From Escherichia coli (GTDB taxonomy: Bacteria > Pseudomonadota > Gammaproteobacteria > Enterobacterales > Enterobacteriaceae), in the NCBI RefSeq assembly GCF_003334405.1, contig NZ_QOWM01000001.1: a stretch of DNA of 64,000 nucleotides; one strand, given 5' to 3'. The notes beneath the pieces are model-generated. The model was not told the origin of the DNA. It made no database searches and saw only the letters and a list, made by a program, of their open reading frames with translations. Shown here in pieces: positions 25,403 to 37,471 of the stretch; the stretch's first letter is position 1, and each line of letters opens with the position of its first letter. The position numbers were made by a program, and so were the translations under genes.

Positions 25403-26293
25403 ATGGAACTACGGCATTTACGCTATTTCGTCGCAGTGGCGCAGGCACTGAACTTTACCCGTGCGGCGGAAAAACTGCATACCTCACAGCCTTCGTTAAG
25501 CAGCCAGATCCGCGATCTTGAAAACTGTGTCGGTGTTCCGTTACTGGTGAGGGATAAGCGCAAAGTCGCGTTGACGGCGGCGGGAGAATGTTTTCTCCAG
25601 GACGCGCTGGCAATCCTCGAACAAGCGGAAAATGCCAAATTACGGGCGCGGAAAATTGTTCAGGAAGACAGACAATTAACCATTGGCTTTGTGCCATCGG
25701 CGGAAGTGAATTTACTGCCAAAAGTATTACCGATGTTTCGTCTCAGACAGCCAGACACCTTGATTGAGCTGGTGAGTTTAATCACCACGCAACAGGAGGA
25801 AAAAATTCGCCGTGGTGAACTCGACGTCGGCTTAATGCGCCATCCTGTTTATAGCCCGGAGATTGATTATCTGGAGCTTTTTGACGAACCATTAGTGGTT
25901 GTGTTACCGGTTGATCACCCTTTAGCACATGAAAAAGAGATCACCGCCGCGCAACTGGATGGCGTGAATTTCGTCAGTACCGATCCGGTGTATTCCGGTT
26001 CGCTTGCGCCGATCGTTAAAGCGTGGTTTGCGCAAGAAAACAGCCAGCCAAATATCGTCCAGGTGGCAACGAATATTCTGGTGACCATGAATCTGGTGGG
26101 CATGGGGCTGGGCGTCACTTTGATACCCGGTTATATGAATAATTTTAATACCGGACAGGTTGTTTTTCGTCCCATTGCCGGAAATGTGCCTTCCATTGCT
26201 TTACTGATGGCGTGGAAGAAAGGGGAGATGAAGCCGGCATTACGCGATTTCATCGCCATTGTGCAGGAACGTTTGGCAAGCGTAACGGCATAA
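25403..26293 (+). CDS. hcaR: LysR-type transcriptional activator of the hca operon
   Basis: 296 aa from the ATG at 25403 (MELRHLRYFVAVAQALNFTRAAEKLH...). Divergent from hcaE. Confidence 0.9.
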   Translation: MELRHLRYFVAVAQALNFTRAAEKLHTSQPSLSSQIRDLENCVGVPLLVRDKRKVALTAAGECFLQDALAILEQAENAKLRARKIVQEDRQLTIGFVPSAEVNLLPKVLPMFRLRQPDTLIELVSLITTQQEEKIRRGELDVGLMRHPVYSPEIDYLELFDEPLVVVLPVDHPLAHEKEITAAQLDGVNFVSTDPVYSGSLAPIVKAWFAQENSQPNIVQVATNILVTMNLVGMGLGVTLIPGYMNNFNTGQVVFRPIAGNVPSIALLMAWKKGEMKPALRDFIAIVQERLASVTA

Positions 26294-26452
26294 TTACGCA
26301 TTATTTTTGCAACATGCGTCGCGGATCTCAGTTTTTTAGTGCTTGTGAACTGGCGTTACAGACATCGGGAAGCAGGCTCGAATATTCTTATTTTTCAACT
26401 TGCACCAACATTCGATTAACCCCAGACTAACGCCTCCTGACGGGAGGGACTC

Positions 26453-27592
26453 ATGGTTTTGCAATCCACGCGCTGGTTGGCGCTCGGCTATTTCACATAC
26501 TTTTTTAGTTACGGCATTTTTCTACCTTTCTGGAGCGTCTGGCTTAAAGGGATTGGTTTAACGCCAGAAACCATCGGCCTGTTATTGGGGGCAGGTCTGG
26601 TTGCCCGTTTCCTCGGGAGTTTGCTCATCGCGCCCCGCGTCAGCGATCCTTCCCGCCTGATTTCCGCCTTGCGCGTGCTGGCACTGCTGACACTTCTCTT
26701 TGCTGTCGCCTTCTGGGCGGGGGCGCACGTAGCGTGGCTGATGCTGGTGATGATTGGCTTTAACCTCTTTTTCTCACCACTGGTACCGTTGACCGATGCA
26801 CTGGCGAATACGTGGCAAAAGCAGTTCCCGCTTGATTACGGCAAAGTGCGACTGTGGGGCTCGGTGGCGTTTGTCATTGGCTCGGCGCTGACGGGCAAAC
26901 TGGTCACTATGTTTGATTATCGGGTGATCCTCGCGCTGTTGACGTTGGGCGTGGCATCCATGCTGCTCGGCTTTCTCATCCGTCCGACGATTCAGCCACA
27001 AGGGGCAAGTCGCCAGCAGGAGAGCACCGGTTGGTCTGCGTGGTTGGCGCTGGTTCGCCAGAACTGGCGCTTTCTGGCCTGCGTTTGTTTATTGCAGGGG
27101 GCACATGCGGCCTATTACGGTTTTAGCGCCATTTACTGGCAGGCAGCTGGCTACTCGGCCTCGGCGGTGGGGTATTTGTGGTCGCTGGGCGTGGTGGCGG
27201 AAGTCATTATCTTTGCGCTGAGTAATAAACTTTTCCGCCGTTGTAGTGCACGCGATATGCTGTTGATCTCGGCGATTTGCGGCGTAGTGCGCTGGGGCAT
27301 TATGGGAGCAACTACGGCGTTGCCGTGGTTGATAGTGGTGCAAATTCTGCATTGCGGCACCTTCACGGTCTGCCACCTGGCCGCCATGCGTTATATTGCT
27401 GCTCGCCAGGGTAGCGAAGTCATCCGTTTACAGGCGGTTTACTCTGCCGTCGCGATGGGCGGCAGTATCGCTATCATGACCGTTTTCGCCGGTTTCCTGT
27501 ATCAATATCTGGGCCACGGCGTGTTCTGGGTAATGGCGCTGGTGGCGCTTCCGGCAATGTTTTTGCGCCCGAAAGTTGTTCCCTCATGCTGA
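26453..27592 (+). CDS. hcaT: MFS transporter HcaT (putative 3-phenylpropionate permease)
   Basis: 379 aa, 12-TM hydrophobic profile. Confidence 0.88.
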   Translation: MVLQSTRWLALGYFTYFFSYGIFLPFWSVWLKGIGLTPETIGLLLGAGLVARFLGSLLIAPRVSDPSRLISALRVLALLTLLFAVAFWAGAHVAWLMLVMIGFNLFFSPLVPLTDALANTWQKQFPLDYGKVRLWGSVAFVIGSALTGKLVTMFDYRVILALLTLGVASMLLGFLIRPTIQPQGASRQQESTGWSAWLALVRQNWRFLACVCLLQGAHAAYYGFSAIYWQAAGYSASAVGYLWSLGVVAEVIIFALSNKLFRRCSARDMLLISAICGVVRWGIMGATTALPWLIVVQILHCGTFTVCHLAAMRYIAARQGSEVIRLQAVYSAVAMGGSIAIMTVFAGFLYQYLGHGVFWVMALVALPAMFLRPKVVPSC

Positions 27593-28864
27593 TTCGAGCA
27601 TTTTGCGGATCTGCTCCTGTTGATGTGTTGTCAGCGTCAGGTCCGTATAGATCAGCGGTGGTGAAAAGAGCGGTAATGGCATGGTATAAGGCGCAATAAT
27701 CAGTGCCGCGCCACGCGGAGCGCCTGTCTGCAAAAATGCCTTTACCGACATATGCTTAATGTTGAGCGGCAGTAACGTTAGTTCGCGTAACTGCTGCTCA
27801 ATCTGCGCTTCTCGCTCGCTATCATTCCCGGTAAGAAGAATAATCTGTTTTTCATGCAGATCGTTTTCCTGCATTAGCCAGGCACCGAAAATCACCGCGA
27901 CCAGACCACTTTCCTCATCAGAAAGATGGACGCCGTATTCACTTTCAAATCCGGCCAGCGCCGCGCGGGTGGTGCGCACCAGGCGTGGGTACAGTCTGGC
28001 GAACTCTTCCGGCAGGGTATTATCAATACCGATGGCAAACAAACTGCGATTTAACGCCTGGGCGAGGTGGGTATAAAGCTGATCACATAACCCCTGTTCA
28101 TCATAAAAACGAACATTTCCCAGCTCACGAAAATGGTTTACCAGACGTTTGATAGACTGACGCAATTGTCTGTCCCGCTGATGCGCATCCCGCAATGGAT
28201 CGGGAACCCGCAACATGGAAAAAAGTAGTGCCATAAACAGTGGCTCATCAGGTGGTACAGGCTGGAGCGCCCGACGCTGCCAGTGGCGTCCAATTTCCTG
28301 CGCTACCTGAAATTCAAGGCAGGATTCCGCCCAGCGACGTTGGAGCGGATTAAACTGAGGCGTAATTCCAGCGTGGTGCTGCAGCAAACAATATTGCAGA
28401 TACAGACACAGGAAATGAATATCGCGCGATTCAAAGCGTTTTTGCAGCCGTCGGGAGCAGAGATTCACTAACGCTTGTAGATTGGTATCGTCGTAAAAGT
28501 TACGCGCAATTCCGCGCCGCTTCAGTTCACTCTTCAGGGCGGGGGTGAATTGGCTGGTAATAAATGACGGACACAGACGGAAACCACGTCGTAGCCAGTG
28601 AAATAAACACAAACGTTGGTTAAGCACTGTACCTTCAACCCGGTAGCTACCGTCATAACCAGTCGTCAGTGTGAGTTGATGATAGCGCAGGATCTCCCGT
28701 CCTGTTTCGCTGATATCAAGACTGGCAATATCATCATCCACACCATTAAGCTCGCTGAAGGTTGCCATGGTGGCGGTCAACCCCGGCTGAAAGAGCGTCA
28801 GCAAGATCTGGCAGCGGCGCTGGGGAGCCGAAAGGACAGATGGTGGAGCAAGCGTAGGCATCAT
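27584..28864 (-). CDS. csiE: Stationary-phase inducible protein CsiE
   Basis: 426 aa from the ATG at 28864 (MMPTLAPPSVLSAPQRRCQ...). Its 3' end overlaps the hcaT 3' end by 9 nt (convergent). Confidence 0.85.
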   Translation of the reverse strand: MMPTLAPPSVLSAPQRRCQILLTLFQPGLTATMATFSELNGVDDDIASLDISETGREILRYHQLTLTTGYDGSYRVEGTVLNQRLCLFHWLRRGFRLCPSFITSQFTPALKSELKRRGIARNFYDDTNLQALVNLCSRRLQKRFESRDIHFLCLYLQYCLLQHHAGITPQFNPLQRRWAESCLEFQVAQEIGRHWQRRALQPVPPDEPLFMALLFSMLRVPDPLRDAHQRDRQLRQSIKRLVNHFRELGNVRFYDEQGLCDQLYTHLAQALNRSLFAIGIDNTLPEEFARLYPRLVRTTRAALAGFESEYGVHLSDEESGLVAVIFGAWLMQENDLHEKQIILLTGNDSEREAQIEQQLRELTLLPLNIKHMSVKAFLQTGAPRGAALIIAPYTMPLPLFSPPLIYTDLTLTTHQQEQIRKMLESA

Positions 28865-29054
28865 CTGTAGATCTCCCATAAGCATAATTGATAAGAATAG
28901 CTAAAGTTTGCTCAAGGAAATGGCGAAGGGAATGCTAATCATCAGAAATGTTGGCAAGCGTCACAGAATTTTTCTCATCTTAAACTGTTCTGACCAGTGG
29001 ATTAGCATGTCTTAAGGTGGTTTTGTGAATGATTATCGTGCTAGCGATCATGGG

Positions 29055-29936
29055 TTAGTTCTGCGGATTCAACGCGCTAAGGATAAAGTCCACCATCTGT
29101 TCGCGATAAACATCGCCGTGACGATCGGAAAAAGCATCAATGTGTTCGCCATCCGGGATTAGGATCAACCGTTTTGGCTCTTTTGCCAGGCTATACAACT
29201 TTTCTCTGTGCTGCCATGGGATAACGTGATCAGCTTTACCGTGAATGAGTAAAAGCGGGATCGGGCTGACGCTGGCGATATAATTTTCGCCGCTGTAACT
29301 CTCATCAAGTAAGTAGCCACTGCCGGGGATCATCTGGTTGGCGATGGTTGCATAAGAGGCAAATGTGGAGTCGAGGATCACCGCACGTATGCCTTCACGA
29401 TCACCCCGACCAATAACATCCAGAATATTCGCCCCGCCAATACTCTGCCCGAACAGCACCAGACGTTGTGGGTTTACATCACTGCGATGGCGCACCACAT
29501 TGATGGCACTTTGCGTATCGTCCAGCAATCCGGCCTGGGACGGCGTGCCTTTTGATTTACCAAACCCGCGATAATCAAACATAAAAACGTTGAAATTACG
29601 CTCGGGTAACCAACTGACCAGCGGCCAGTGGGCGGACATATTTCCGGCATTGCCGTGAGCATGAATGATGGTTGCGATGGCGTTGTCAGCAGGGCCCGTC
29701 GAAGAAGGGATAAACCAGCCTTGCAGACGAGTACCGTCCTTAGCCGTAAATTCGACGGATTCCGCCGACCAGGGATCGGGACCGTAAATTTTATCGTCGG
29801 GATAATAGAAGAAGTTGATGGCAACGCGCGGCACTAAATAAACGCAGAAGGCAACAACAAAGAGAATAAACAGAATTTTGGGAACGCGTTTGTTCACTGG
29901 CAGTGCCATAACCTTTCCTTGCGACTTCTTTATCAT
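29055..29936 (-). CDS. yfhR: Alpha/beta-hydrolase family protein YfhR
   Basis: GQSIGG nucleophile elbow and N-terminal membrane anchor. Start at 29936 (293 aa) or at the internal ATG at 29909 (284 aa). Confidence 0.8.
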   Translation of the reverse strand: MIKKSQGKVMALPVNKRVPKILFILFVVAFCVYLVPRVAINFFYYPDDKIYGPDPWSAESVEFTAKDGTRLQGWFIPSSTGPADNAIATIIHAHGNAGNMSAHWPLVSWLPERNFNVFMFDYRGFGKSKGTPSQAGLLDDTQSAINVVRHRSDVNPQRLVLFGQSIGGANILDVIGRGDREGIRAVILDSTFASYATIANQMIPGSGYLLDESYSGENYIASVSPIPLLLIHGKADHVIPWQHREKLYSLAKEPKRLILIPDGEHIDAFSDRHGDVYREQMVDFILSALNPQN

Positions 29937-30053
29937 CCATTAATCGGGGAAAGATGGTGGGAGAGTGACGAAAGAAAGTAAAGCAGTGAGGAAGTATTTC
30001 GGAATAGCGCCTGAAAGGCGAGGGCGGGTGAGTGATATCACCCGCCTGAGTCA

Positions 30054-30857
30054 TTAACGCTTCAGAGCGTCGCTTAACTCGTCACGCATGTTCGCCAGCA
30101 TGGCTTTAACAACGCGCGGGTTACCAGCAACGATGTTACCGGTCAGCATGTAGTTATGACCACCGGTGAAGTCGCTGACGATGCCGCCCGCTTCACGAAC
30201 CAGCAGCTCGCCTGCGGCGAAGTCCCACGGGCGCAGACCGATTTCAAAGAAACCGTCAACACGACCCGCAGCGACGTAAGCCAGATCCAGCGCCGCAGAA
30301 CCGGTACGACGGAAGTCTGCACATTCGTTGAACAGTTTGCCGACGATGTTGATGTAGGTAGTGGCGTACTGTTTTGCTTTGAACGGGAAGCCGGTCGCCA
30401 GAATAGTACCGTCGAGATCGCGAGCGGTGCTGCCGCGCAGTCGGTAGCCGTTCAGCTGTGCGCCCTGACCGCGAGTGGCGGTGAACAGTTCGTTACGCAT
30501 AGGATCGTATACCACAGCAACTTCGGTGCGGCCTTTGATACGAACAGCGATAGATACCGCGAAGTGCGGCAGACGTTTGATAAAGTTGGTAGTGCCATCC
30601 AGTGGATCGATAACCCATTGAACATCCTGATCAGTACCTTCAAGTTCACCGCTTTCTTCGGTGATGATGGTGTGCTGTGGGTAAGATTTACGAATCGTGT
30701 CGATAATCACCGCTTCGGCAGCTTTATCTACGTTGGTCACGAAATCGTTACTGCCTTTCTGGCTCGCTTCTACAGCGTCCGGGGTTTCATAGTTTTTGGC
30801 AATTAAATTACCCGCCTTGCGCGCTGCGCGCACGGCGATGTTCAGCATCGGATGCAT
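30054..30857 (-). CDS. suhB: Inositol monophosphatase SuhB
   Basis: 267 aa, IMPase metal-binding motifs (WVIDPLDGT, DFAAG). Confidence 0.93.
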   Translation of the reverse strand: MHPMLNIAVRAARKAGNLIAKNYETPDAVEASQKGSNDFVTNVDKAAEAVIIDTIRKSYPQHTIITEESGELEGTDQDVQWVIDPLDGTTNFIKRLPHFAVSIAVRIKGRTEVAVVYDPMRNELFTATRGQGAQLNGYRLRGSTARDLDGTILATGFPFKAKQYATTYINIVGKLFNECADFRRTGSAALDLAYVAAGRVDGFFEIGLRPWDFAAGELLVREAGGIVSDFTGGHNYMLTGNIVAGNPRVVKAMLANMRDELSDALKR

Positions 30858-30975
30858 CGGTCTCTCTCACTGGATGTTAAAGAACGGGAAAACGGCGCAG
30901 AGTATAGCAGCGAGATCGGCATCTGTCTTCGTTTTATGATAAGATGCGTGAATAATCTTTAGATGAAGAAAGACA

Positions 30976-31716
30976 ATGCTGCAAAATATTCGAATTGTGC
31001 TGGTGGAGACGTCACACACCGGCAATATGGGTTCTGTTGCCCGTGCCATGAAAACAATGGGATTAACCAATCTGTGGCTGGTTAATCCACTGGTGAAACC
31101 CGACTCCCAGGCGATTGCCCTGGCAGCAGGGGCCAGCGATGTGATTGGTAATGCTCACATCGTCGATACGCTCGACGAAGCGTTAGCCGGTTGTAGCCTG
31201 GTGGTGGGCACCAGCGCACGTTCCCGCACGCTGCCATGGCCGATGCTCGACCCGCGCGAATGCGGCCTGAAAAGCGTCGCTGAAGCGGCAAATACCCCGG
31301 TGGCGCTGGTGTTTGGTCGCGAGCGCGTCGGCTTGACCAATGAAGAGTTGCAGAAATGCCATTATCATGTCGCGATTGCGGCTAACCCGGAATACAGCTC
31401 GCTGAACCTGGCGATGGCGGTTCAGGTTATTGCCTATGAAGTGCGCATGGCCTGGCTGGCAACTCAGGAAAACGGCGAGCAGGTCGAGCATGAAGAGACG
31501 CCGTATCCGCTGGTCGATGATCTGGAGCGTTTTTATGGTCATCTGGAACAAACGCTGCTGGCAACCGGTTTTATCCGTGAAAACCATCCGGGGCAGGTGA
31601 TGAATAAATTGCGCCGTCTGTTTACCCGTGCGCGCCCGGAAAGCCAGGAGTTGAATATCCTGCGCGGGATTCTGGCTTCTATTGAGCAGCAGAATAAAGG
31701 TAACAAGGCCGAATAA
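30976..31716 (+). CDS. trmJ: tRNA (cytidine/uridine-2'-O)-methyltransferase TrmJ
   Basis: 246 aa, SpoU-class methyltransferase fold ([19 protein letters not shown]...). Confidence 0.9.
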
Positions 31717-31717
31717 C

Positions 31718-31900
<183 letters not shown>

Positions 31901-31942
31901 ACAGGTACAAACGCCACGATAAAAAAATGGCACTGAAGGTTA

Positions 31943-32000
31943 AATACCCGACTAAATCAGTCAAGTAAATAGTTGACCAATTTACTCGGGAATGTCAGAC
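31943..32000. promoter_or_regulatory. iscR promoter with IscR type-1 box-like sites
   Basis: ATACCCGACTAAATCAGTCAAGTAA and AAATAGTTGACCAATTTACTCGGGAATGTCAGACT resemble the IscR type-1 consensus (ATASYYGACTRwwwYAGTCRRSTAT), 80-130 nt upstream of the iscR start. Confidence 0.5.
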
Positions 32001-32076
32001 TTGACCCTGCTATGCAATACCCCCACTTTTACAATAAAAAACCCCGGGCAGGGGCGAGTTTGAGGTGAAGTAAGAC

Positions 32077-32565
32077 ATGAGACTGACATCTAAAGGGCGC
32101 TATGCCGTGACCGCAATGCTTGACGTTGCGCTCAACTCTGAAGCGGGCCCGGTACCGTTGGCTGATATTTCCGAACGTCAGGGAATTTCCCTTTCTTATC
32201 TGGAACAACTGTTTTCCCGTCTGCGTAAAAATGGTCTGGTTTCCAGCGTACGTGGACCAGGCGGTGGTTATCTGTTAGGCAAAGATGCCAGCAGCATCGC
32301 CGTTGGCGAAGTAATTAGCGCCGTTGACGAATCTGTAGATGCCACCCGTTGTCAGGGTAAAGGCGGCTGCCAGGGCGGCGATAAATGCCTGACCCACGCG
32401 CTGTGGCGTGATTTGAGCGACCGTCTCACCGGTTTTCTCAACAACATTACTTTAGGCGAACTGGTTAATAACCAGGAAGTGCTGGATGTGTCTGGTCGTC
32501 AGCATACTCACGACGCGCCACGCACCCGCACACAAGACGCGATCGACGTTAAGTTACGCGCTTAA
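32077..32565 (+). CDS. iscR: Fe-S cluster-sensing transcriptional regulator IscR (Rrf2 family)
   Basis: 162 aa, [20 protein letters not shown], cluster-ligand cysteines in [13 protein letters not shown]. Confidence 0.95.
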
Positions 32566-32676
32566 TAAAAAGAATTCAGAATCAGGCCGGAGTGCTAAAT
32601 ACTCCGTAAACACGGTCGTACATCCAGCCGGTAGCCTGATTCCTTGCATTGAGTGATGTACGGAGTTTATAGAGCA

Positions 32677-33891
32677 ATGAAATTACCGATTTATCTCGAC
32701 TACTCCGCAACCACGCCGGTGGACCCGCGTGTTGCCGAGAAAATGATGCAGTTTATGACGATGGACGGAACCTTTGGTAACCCGGCCTCCCGTTCTCACC
32801 GTTTCGGCTGGCAGGCTGAAGAAGCGGTAGATATCGCCCGTAATCAGATTGCCGATCTGGTCGGCGCTGATCCGCGTGAAATCGTCTTTACCTCTGGTGC
32901 AACCGAATCTGACAACCTGGCGATCAAAGGTGCAGCCAACTTTTATCAGAAAAAAGGCAAGCACATCATCACCAGCAAAACCGAACACAAAGCGGTACTG
33001 GATACCTGCCGTCAGCTGGAGCGCGAAGGTTTTGAAGTCACCTACCTGGCACCGCAGCGTAACGGCATTATCGACCTGAAAGAACTTGAAGCAGCGATGC
33101 GTGACGACACCATCCTCGTGTCCATCATGCACGTAAATAACGAAATCGGCGTGGTGCAGGATATCGCGGCTATCGGCGAAATGTGCCGTGCTCGTGGCAT
33201 TATCTATCACGTTGATGCAACCCAGAGCGTGGGTAAACTGCCTATCGACCTGAGCCAGTTGAAAGTTGACCTGATGTCTTTCTCCGGTCACAAAATCTAT
33301 GGCCCGAAAGGTATCGGTGCGCTGTATGTACGTCGTAAACCGCGCGTACGCATCGAAGCGCAAATGCACGGCGGCGGTCACGAGCGCGGTATGCGTTCCG
33401 GCACTCTGCCTGTTCACCAGATCGTCGGAATGGGCGAGGCCTATCGCATCGCAAAAGAAGAGATGGCGACCGAGATGGAACGTCTGCGCGGCCTGCGTAA
33501 CCGTCTGTGGAACGGCATCAAAGATATCGAAGAAGTTTACCTGAACGGTGACCTGGAACACGGTGCGCCGAACATTCTCAACGTCAGCTTCAACTACGTT
33601 GAAGGTGAGTCGCTGATTATGGCGCTGAAAGACCTCGCAGTTTCTTCAGGTTCCGCCTGTACGTCAGCAAGCCTCGAACCGTCCTACGTGCTGCGCGCGC
33701 TGGGGCTGAACGACGAGCTGGCACATAGCTCTATCCGTTTCTCTTTAGGTCGTTTTACTACTGAAGAAGAGATCGACTACACCATCGAGTTAGTTCGTAA
33801 ATCCATCGGTCGTCTGCGTGACCTTTCTCCGCTGTGGGAAATGTACAAGCAGGGCGTGGATCTGAACAGCATCGAATGGGCTCATCATTAA
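32677..33891 (+). CDS. iscS: Cysteine desulfurase IscS
   Basis: 404 aa from the ATG at 32677 ([16 protein letters not shown]...). PLP lysine (SGHK) and active-site Cys loop SSGSACTS. Confidence 0.95.
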
Positions 33892-33918
33892 TCGGTATCG
33901 GAATCAGGAGAATTTATA

Positions 33919-34305
33919 ATGGCTTACAGCGAAAAAGTTATCGACCATTACGAGAATCCGCGTAACGTGGGTTCCTTTGACAACAACGACGAGAACGTCG
34001 GCAGCGGCATGGTGGGGGCACCGGCCTGTGGCGACGTGATGAAGTTGCAGATTAAAGTCAACGATGAAGGTATCATTGAAGACGCGCGTTTTAAAACTTA
34101 CGGCTGCGGTTCCGCTATCGCTTCCAGCTCCCTGGTCACCGAATGGGTGAAAGGGAAGTCTCTCGACGAAGCGCAGGCGATCAAAAACACCGATATTGCT
34201 GAAGAACTTGAACTGCCGCCGGTGAAAATTCACTGTTCTATTCTGGCAGAAGACGCGATCAAAGCCGCCATTGCGGACTATAAAAGCAAACGTGAAGCAA
34301 AATAA
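33919..34305 (+). CDS. iscU: Fe-S cluster scaffold protein IscU
   Basis: 128 aa, conserved Cys ligands and LPPVK motif. Confidence 0.95.
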   Translation: MAYSEKVIDHYENPRNVGSFDNNDENVGSGMVGAPACGDVMKLQIKVNDEGIIEDARFKTYGCGSAIASSSLVTEWVKGKSLDEAQAIKNTDIAEELELPPVKIHCSILAEDAIKAAIADYKSKREAK

Positions 34306-34321
34306 GAGTTGAGGTTTGGTT

Positions 34322-34645
34322 ATGTCGATTACACTGAGCGACAGTGCAGCAGCGCGAGTAAATACCTTTCTGGCTAACCGCGGTAAAGGGTTTGGCCTGC
34401 GTCTGGGCGTGAGAACCTCCGGGTGTTCAGGTATGGCTTATGTACTGGAATTTGTTGACGAACCGACGCCGGAAGACATCGTGTTTGAAGACAAAGGCGT
34501 GAAAGTCGTGGTCGATGGCAAGAGCCTGCAATTTCTGGACGGTACGCAGCTGGACTTCGTAAAAGAAGGCCTGAACGAAGGGTTTAAATTCACCAACCCG
34601 AACGTCAAAGATGAGTGTGGTTGCGGCGAAAGCTTCCACGTTTGA
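34322..34645 (+). CDS. iscA: Fe-S cluster insertion protein IscA
   Basis: 107 aa from the ATG at 34322, C-terminal CGCGESF motif. Confidence 0.93.
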   Translation: MSITLSDSAAARVNTFLANRGKGFGLRLGVRTSGCSGMAYVLEFVDEPTPEDIVFEDKGVKVVVDGKSLQFLDGTQLDFVKEGLNEGFKFTNPNVKDECGCGESFHV

Positions 34646-34740
34646 TGCGCATACCGATAACCCCACCGTGGTCGCCTGCGCGTGGGGTTTGTTTTACCTG
34701 ATTCGCCGTTATCGCGGCGGATCGCAGCCCTGAGAATGTT

Positions 34741-35256
34741 ATGGATTACTTCACCCTCTTTGGCTTGCCTGCCCGCTATCAACTCGATACCCAGGCGCTG
34801 AGCCTGCGTTTTCAGGATCTACAACGTCAGTATCATCCTGATAAATTCGCCAGCGGAAGCCAGGCGGAACAACTCGCCGCCGTACAGCAATCTGCAACCA
34901 TTAACCAGGCCTGGCAAACGCTGCGTCATCCGTTAATGCGCGCGGAATATTTGCTTTCTTTGCACGGCTTTGATCTCGCCAGCGAGCAGCATACTGTGCG
35001 CGACACCGCGTTCCTGATGGAACAGTTGGAGCTGCGCGAAGAGCTGGACGAGATCGAACAGGCGAAAGATGAAGCGCGGCTGGAAAGCTTTATCAAACGT
35101 GTGAAAAAGATGTTTGATACCCGCCATCAGTTGATGGTTGAACAGTTAGACAACGAGACGTGGGACGCGGCGGCGGATACCGTGCGTAAGCTGCGTTTTC
35201 TCGATAAACTGCGAAGCAGTGCCGAACAACTCGAAGAAAAACTGCTCGATTTTTAA
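34741..35256 (+). CDS. hscB: Co-chaperone HscB (J-domain protein)
   Basis: 171 aa, HPD tripeptide in the J-domain (QYHPDKF). Confidence 0.93.
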
Positions 35257-35272
35257 TTTCTGGAAGCTAAAC

Positions 35273-37123
35273 ATGGCCTTATTACAAATTAGTGAACCTG
35301 GTTTGAGTGCTGCGCCGCATCAGCGTCGTCTGGCGGCCGGTATTGACCTGGGCACAACCAACTCGCTGGTGGCGACAGTGCGCAGCGGTCAGGCCGAAAC
35401 GTTAGCCGATCATGAAGGCCGTCACCTGCTGCCATCTGTTGTTCACTATCAACAGCAAGGGCATTCGGTGGGTTATGACGCGCGTACTAATGCAGCGCTC
35501 GATACCGCCAACACAATTAGTTCTGTTAAACGCCTGATGGGACGCTCGCTGGCTGATATCCAGCAACGCTATCCGCATCTGCCTTATCAATTCCAGGCCA
35601 GCGAAAACGGCCTGCCGATGATTGAAACGGCGGCGGGGCTGCTGAACCCGGTGCGCGTTTCTGCGGACATCCTCAAAGCACTGGCGGCGCGGGCAACTGA
35701 AGCCCTGGCAGGCGAGCTGGATGGTGTAGTTATCACCGTTCCGGCGTACTTTGACGATGCCCAGCGTCAGGGCACCAAAGACGCGGCGCGTCTGGCGGGC
35801 CTTCACGTCCTGCGCTTACTTAACGAACCGACCGCTGCGGCTATCGCCTACGGGCTGGATTCCGGTCAGGAAGGCGTGATCGCCGTTTATGACCTCGGTG
35901 GCGGGACGTTTGATATTTCCATTCTGCGCTTAAGTCGCGGCGTGTTTGAAGTGCTGGCAACCGGCGGTGATTCCGCGCTCGGCGGCGATGATTTCGACCA
36001 TCTGCTGGCGGATTACATTCGCGAGCAGGCGGGCATTCCTGATCGTAGCGATAACCGCGTTCAGCGTGAACTGCTGGATGCCGCCATTGCAGCCAAAATC
36101 GCGCTGAGCGATGCGGACTCCGTGACCGTTAACGTTGCGGGCTGGCAGGGCGAAATCAGCCGTGAACAATTCAATGAACTGATCGCGCCACTGGTAAAAC
36201 GAACCTTACTGGCTTGTCGTCGCGCGCTGAAAGACGCGGGTGTAGAAGCTGATGAAGTGCTGGAAGTGGTGATGGTGGGCGGTTCTACTCGCGTGCCGCT
36301 GGTGCGTGAACGGGTAGGCGAATTTTTCGGTCGTCCACCGCTGACTTCCATCGACCCGGATAAAGTCGTCGCTATTGGCGCGGCGATTCAGGCGGATATT
36401 CTGGTGGGTAACAAGCCAGACAGCGAAATGCTGTTGCTTGATGTGATCCCACTGTCGCTGGGCCTCGAAACGATGGGCGGCCTGGTGGAGAAAGTGATTC
36501 CGCGTAATACCACTATTCCGGTGGCCCGCGCTCAGGATTTCACCACCTTTAAAGATGGTCAGACGGCGATGTCTATCCATGTAATGCAGGGTGAGCGCGA
36601 ACTGGTGCAGGACTGCCGCTCACTGGCGCGTTTTGCGCTGCGTGGTATTCCGGCGCTACCGGCTGGCGGTGCGCATATTCGCGTGACGTTCCAGGTCGAT
36701 GCCGACGGTCTTTTGAGCGTGACGGCGATGGAGAAATCCACCGGCGTTGAGGCGTCTATTCAGGTCAAACCGTCTTACGGTCTGACCGATAGCGAAATCG
36801 CTTCGATGATCAAAGACTCAATGAGCTATGCCGAGCAGGACGTAAAAGCCCGAATGCTGGCAGAACAAAAAGTAGAAGCGGCGCGTGTGCTGGAAAGTCT
36901 GCACGGCGCGCTGGCTGCTGATGCCGCGCTGTTAAGCGCCGCAGAACGTCAGGTCATTGACGATGCTGCCGCTCACCTGAGTGAAGTGGCGCAGGGCGAT
37001 GATGTTGACGCCATCGAACAAGCGATTAAAAACGTAGACAAACAAACCCAGGATTTCGCCGCTCGCCGCATGGACCAGTCGGTTCGTCGTGCGCTGAAAG
37101 GCCATTCCGTGGACGAGGTTTAA
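35273..37123 (+). CDS. hscA: Hsp70-family chaperone HscA
   Basis: 616 aa from the ATG at 35273 ([10 protein letters not shown]...). Hsp70 signatures DLGTTNS and DLGGGTFD. Confidence 0.95.
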
Positions 37124-37124
37124 T

Positions 37125-37460
37125 ATGCCAAAGATTGTTATTTTGCCTCATCAGGATCTCTGCCCTGATGGCGCTGTTCTGGAAGCTAATAGCGGTGAAA
37201 CCATTCTCGACGCAGCTCTGCGTAACGGTATCGAGATTGAACACGCCTGTGAAAAATCCTGTGCTTGCACCACCTGCCACTGCATCGTTCGTGAAGGTTT
37301 TGACTCACTGCCGGAAAGCTCAGAGCAGGAAGACGACATGCTGGACAAAGCCTGGGGACTGGAGCCGGAAAGCCGTTTAAGCTGCCAGGCGCGCGTTACC
37401 GACGAAGATTTAGTAGTCGAAATCCCGCGTTACACTATCAACCATGCGCGTGAGCATTAA
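37125..37460 (+). CDS. fdx: [2Fe-2S] ferredoxin Fdx
   Basis: 111 aa, cysteine ligands in [12 protein letters not shown]. Confidence 0.95.
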
Positions 37461-37471
37461 CAGAGGTTAGT

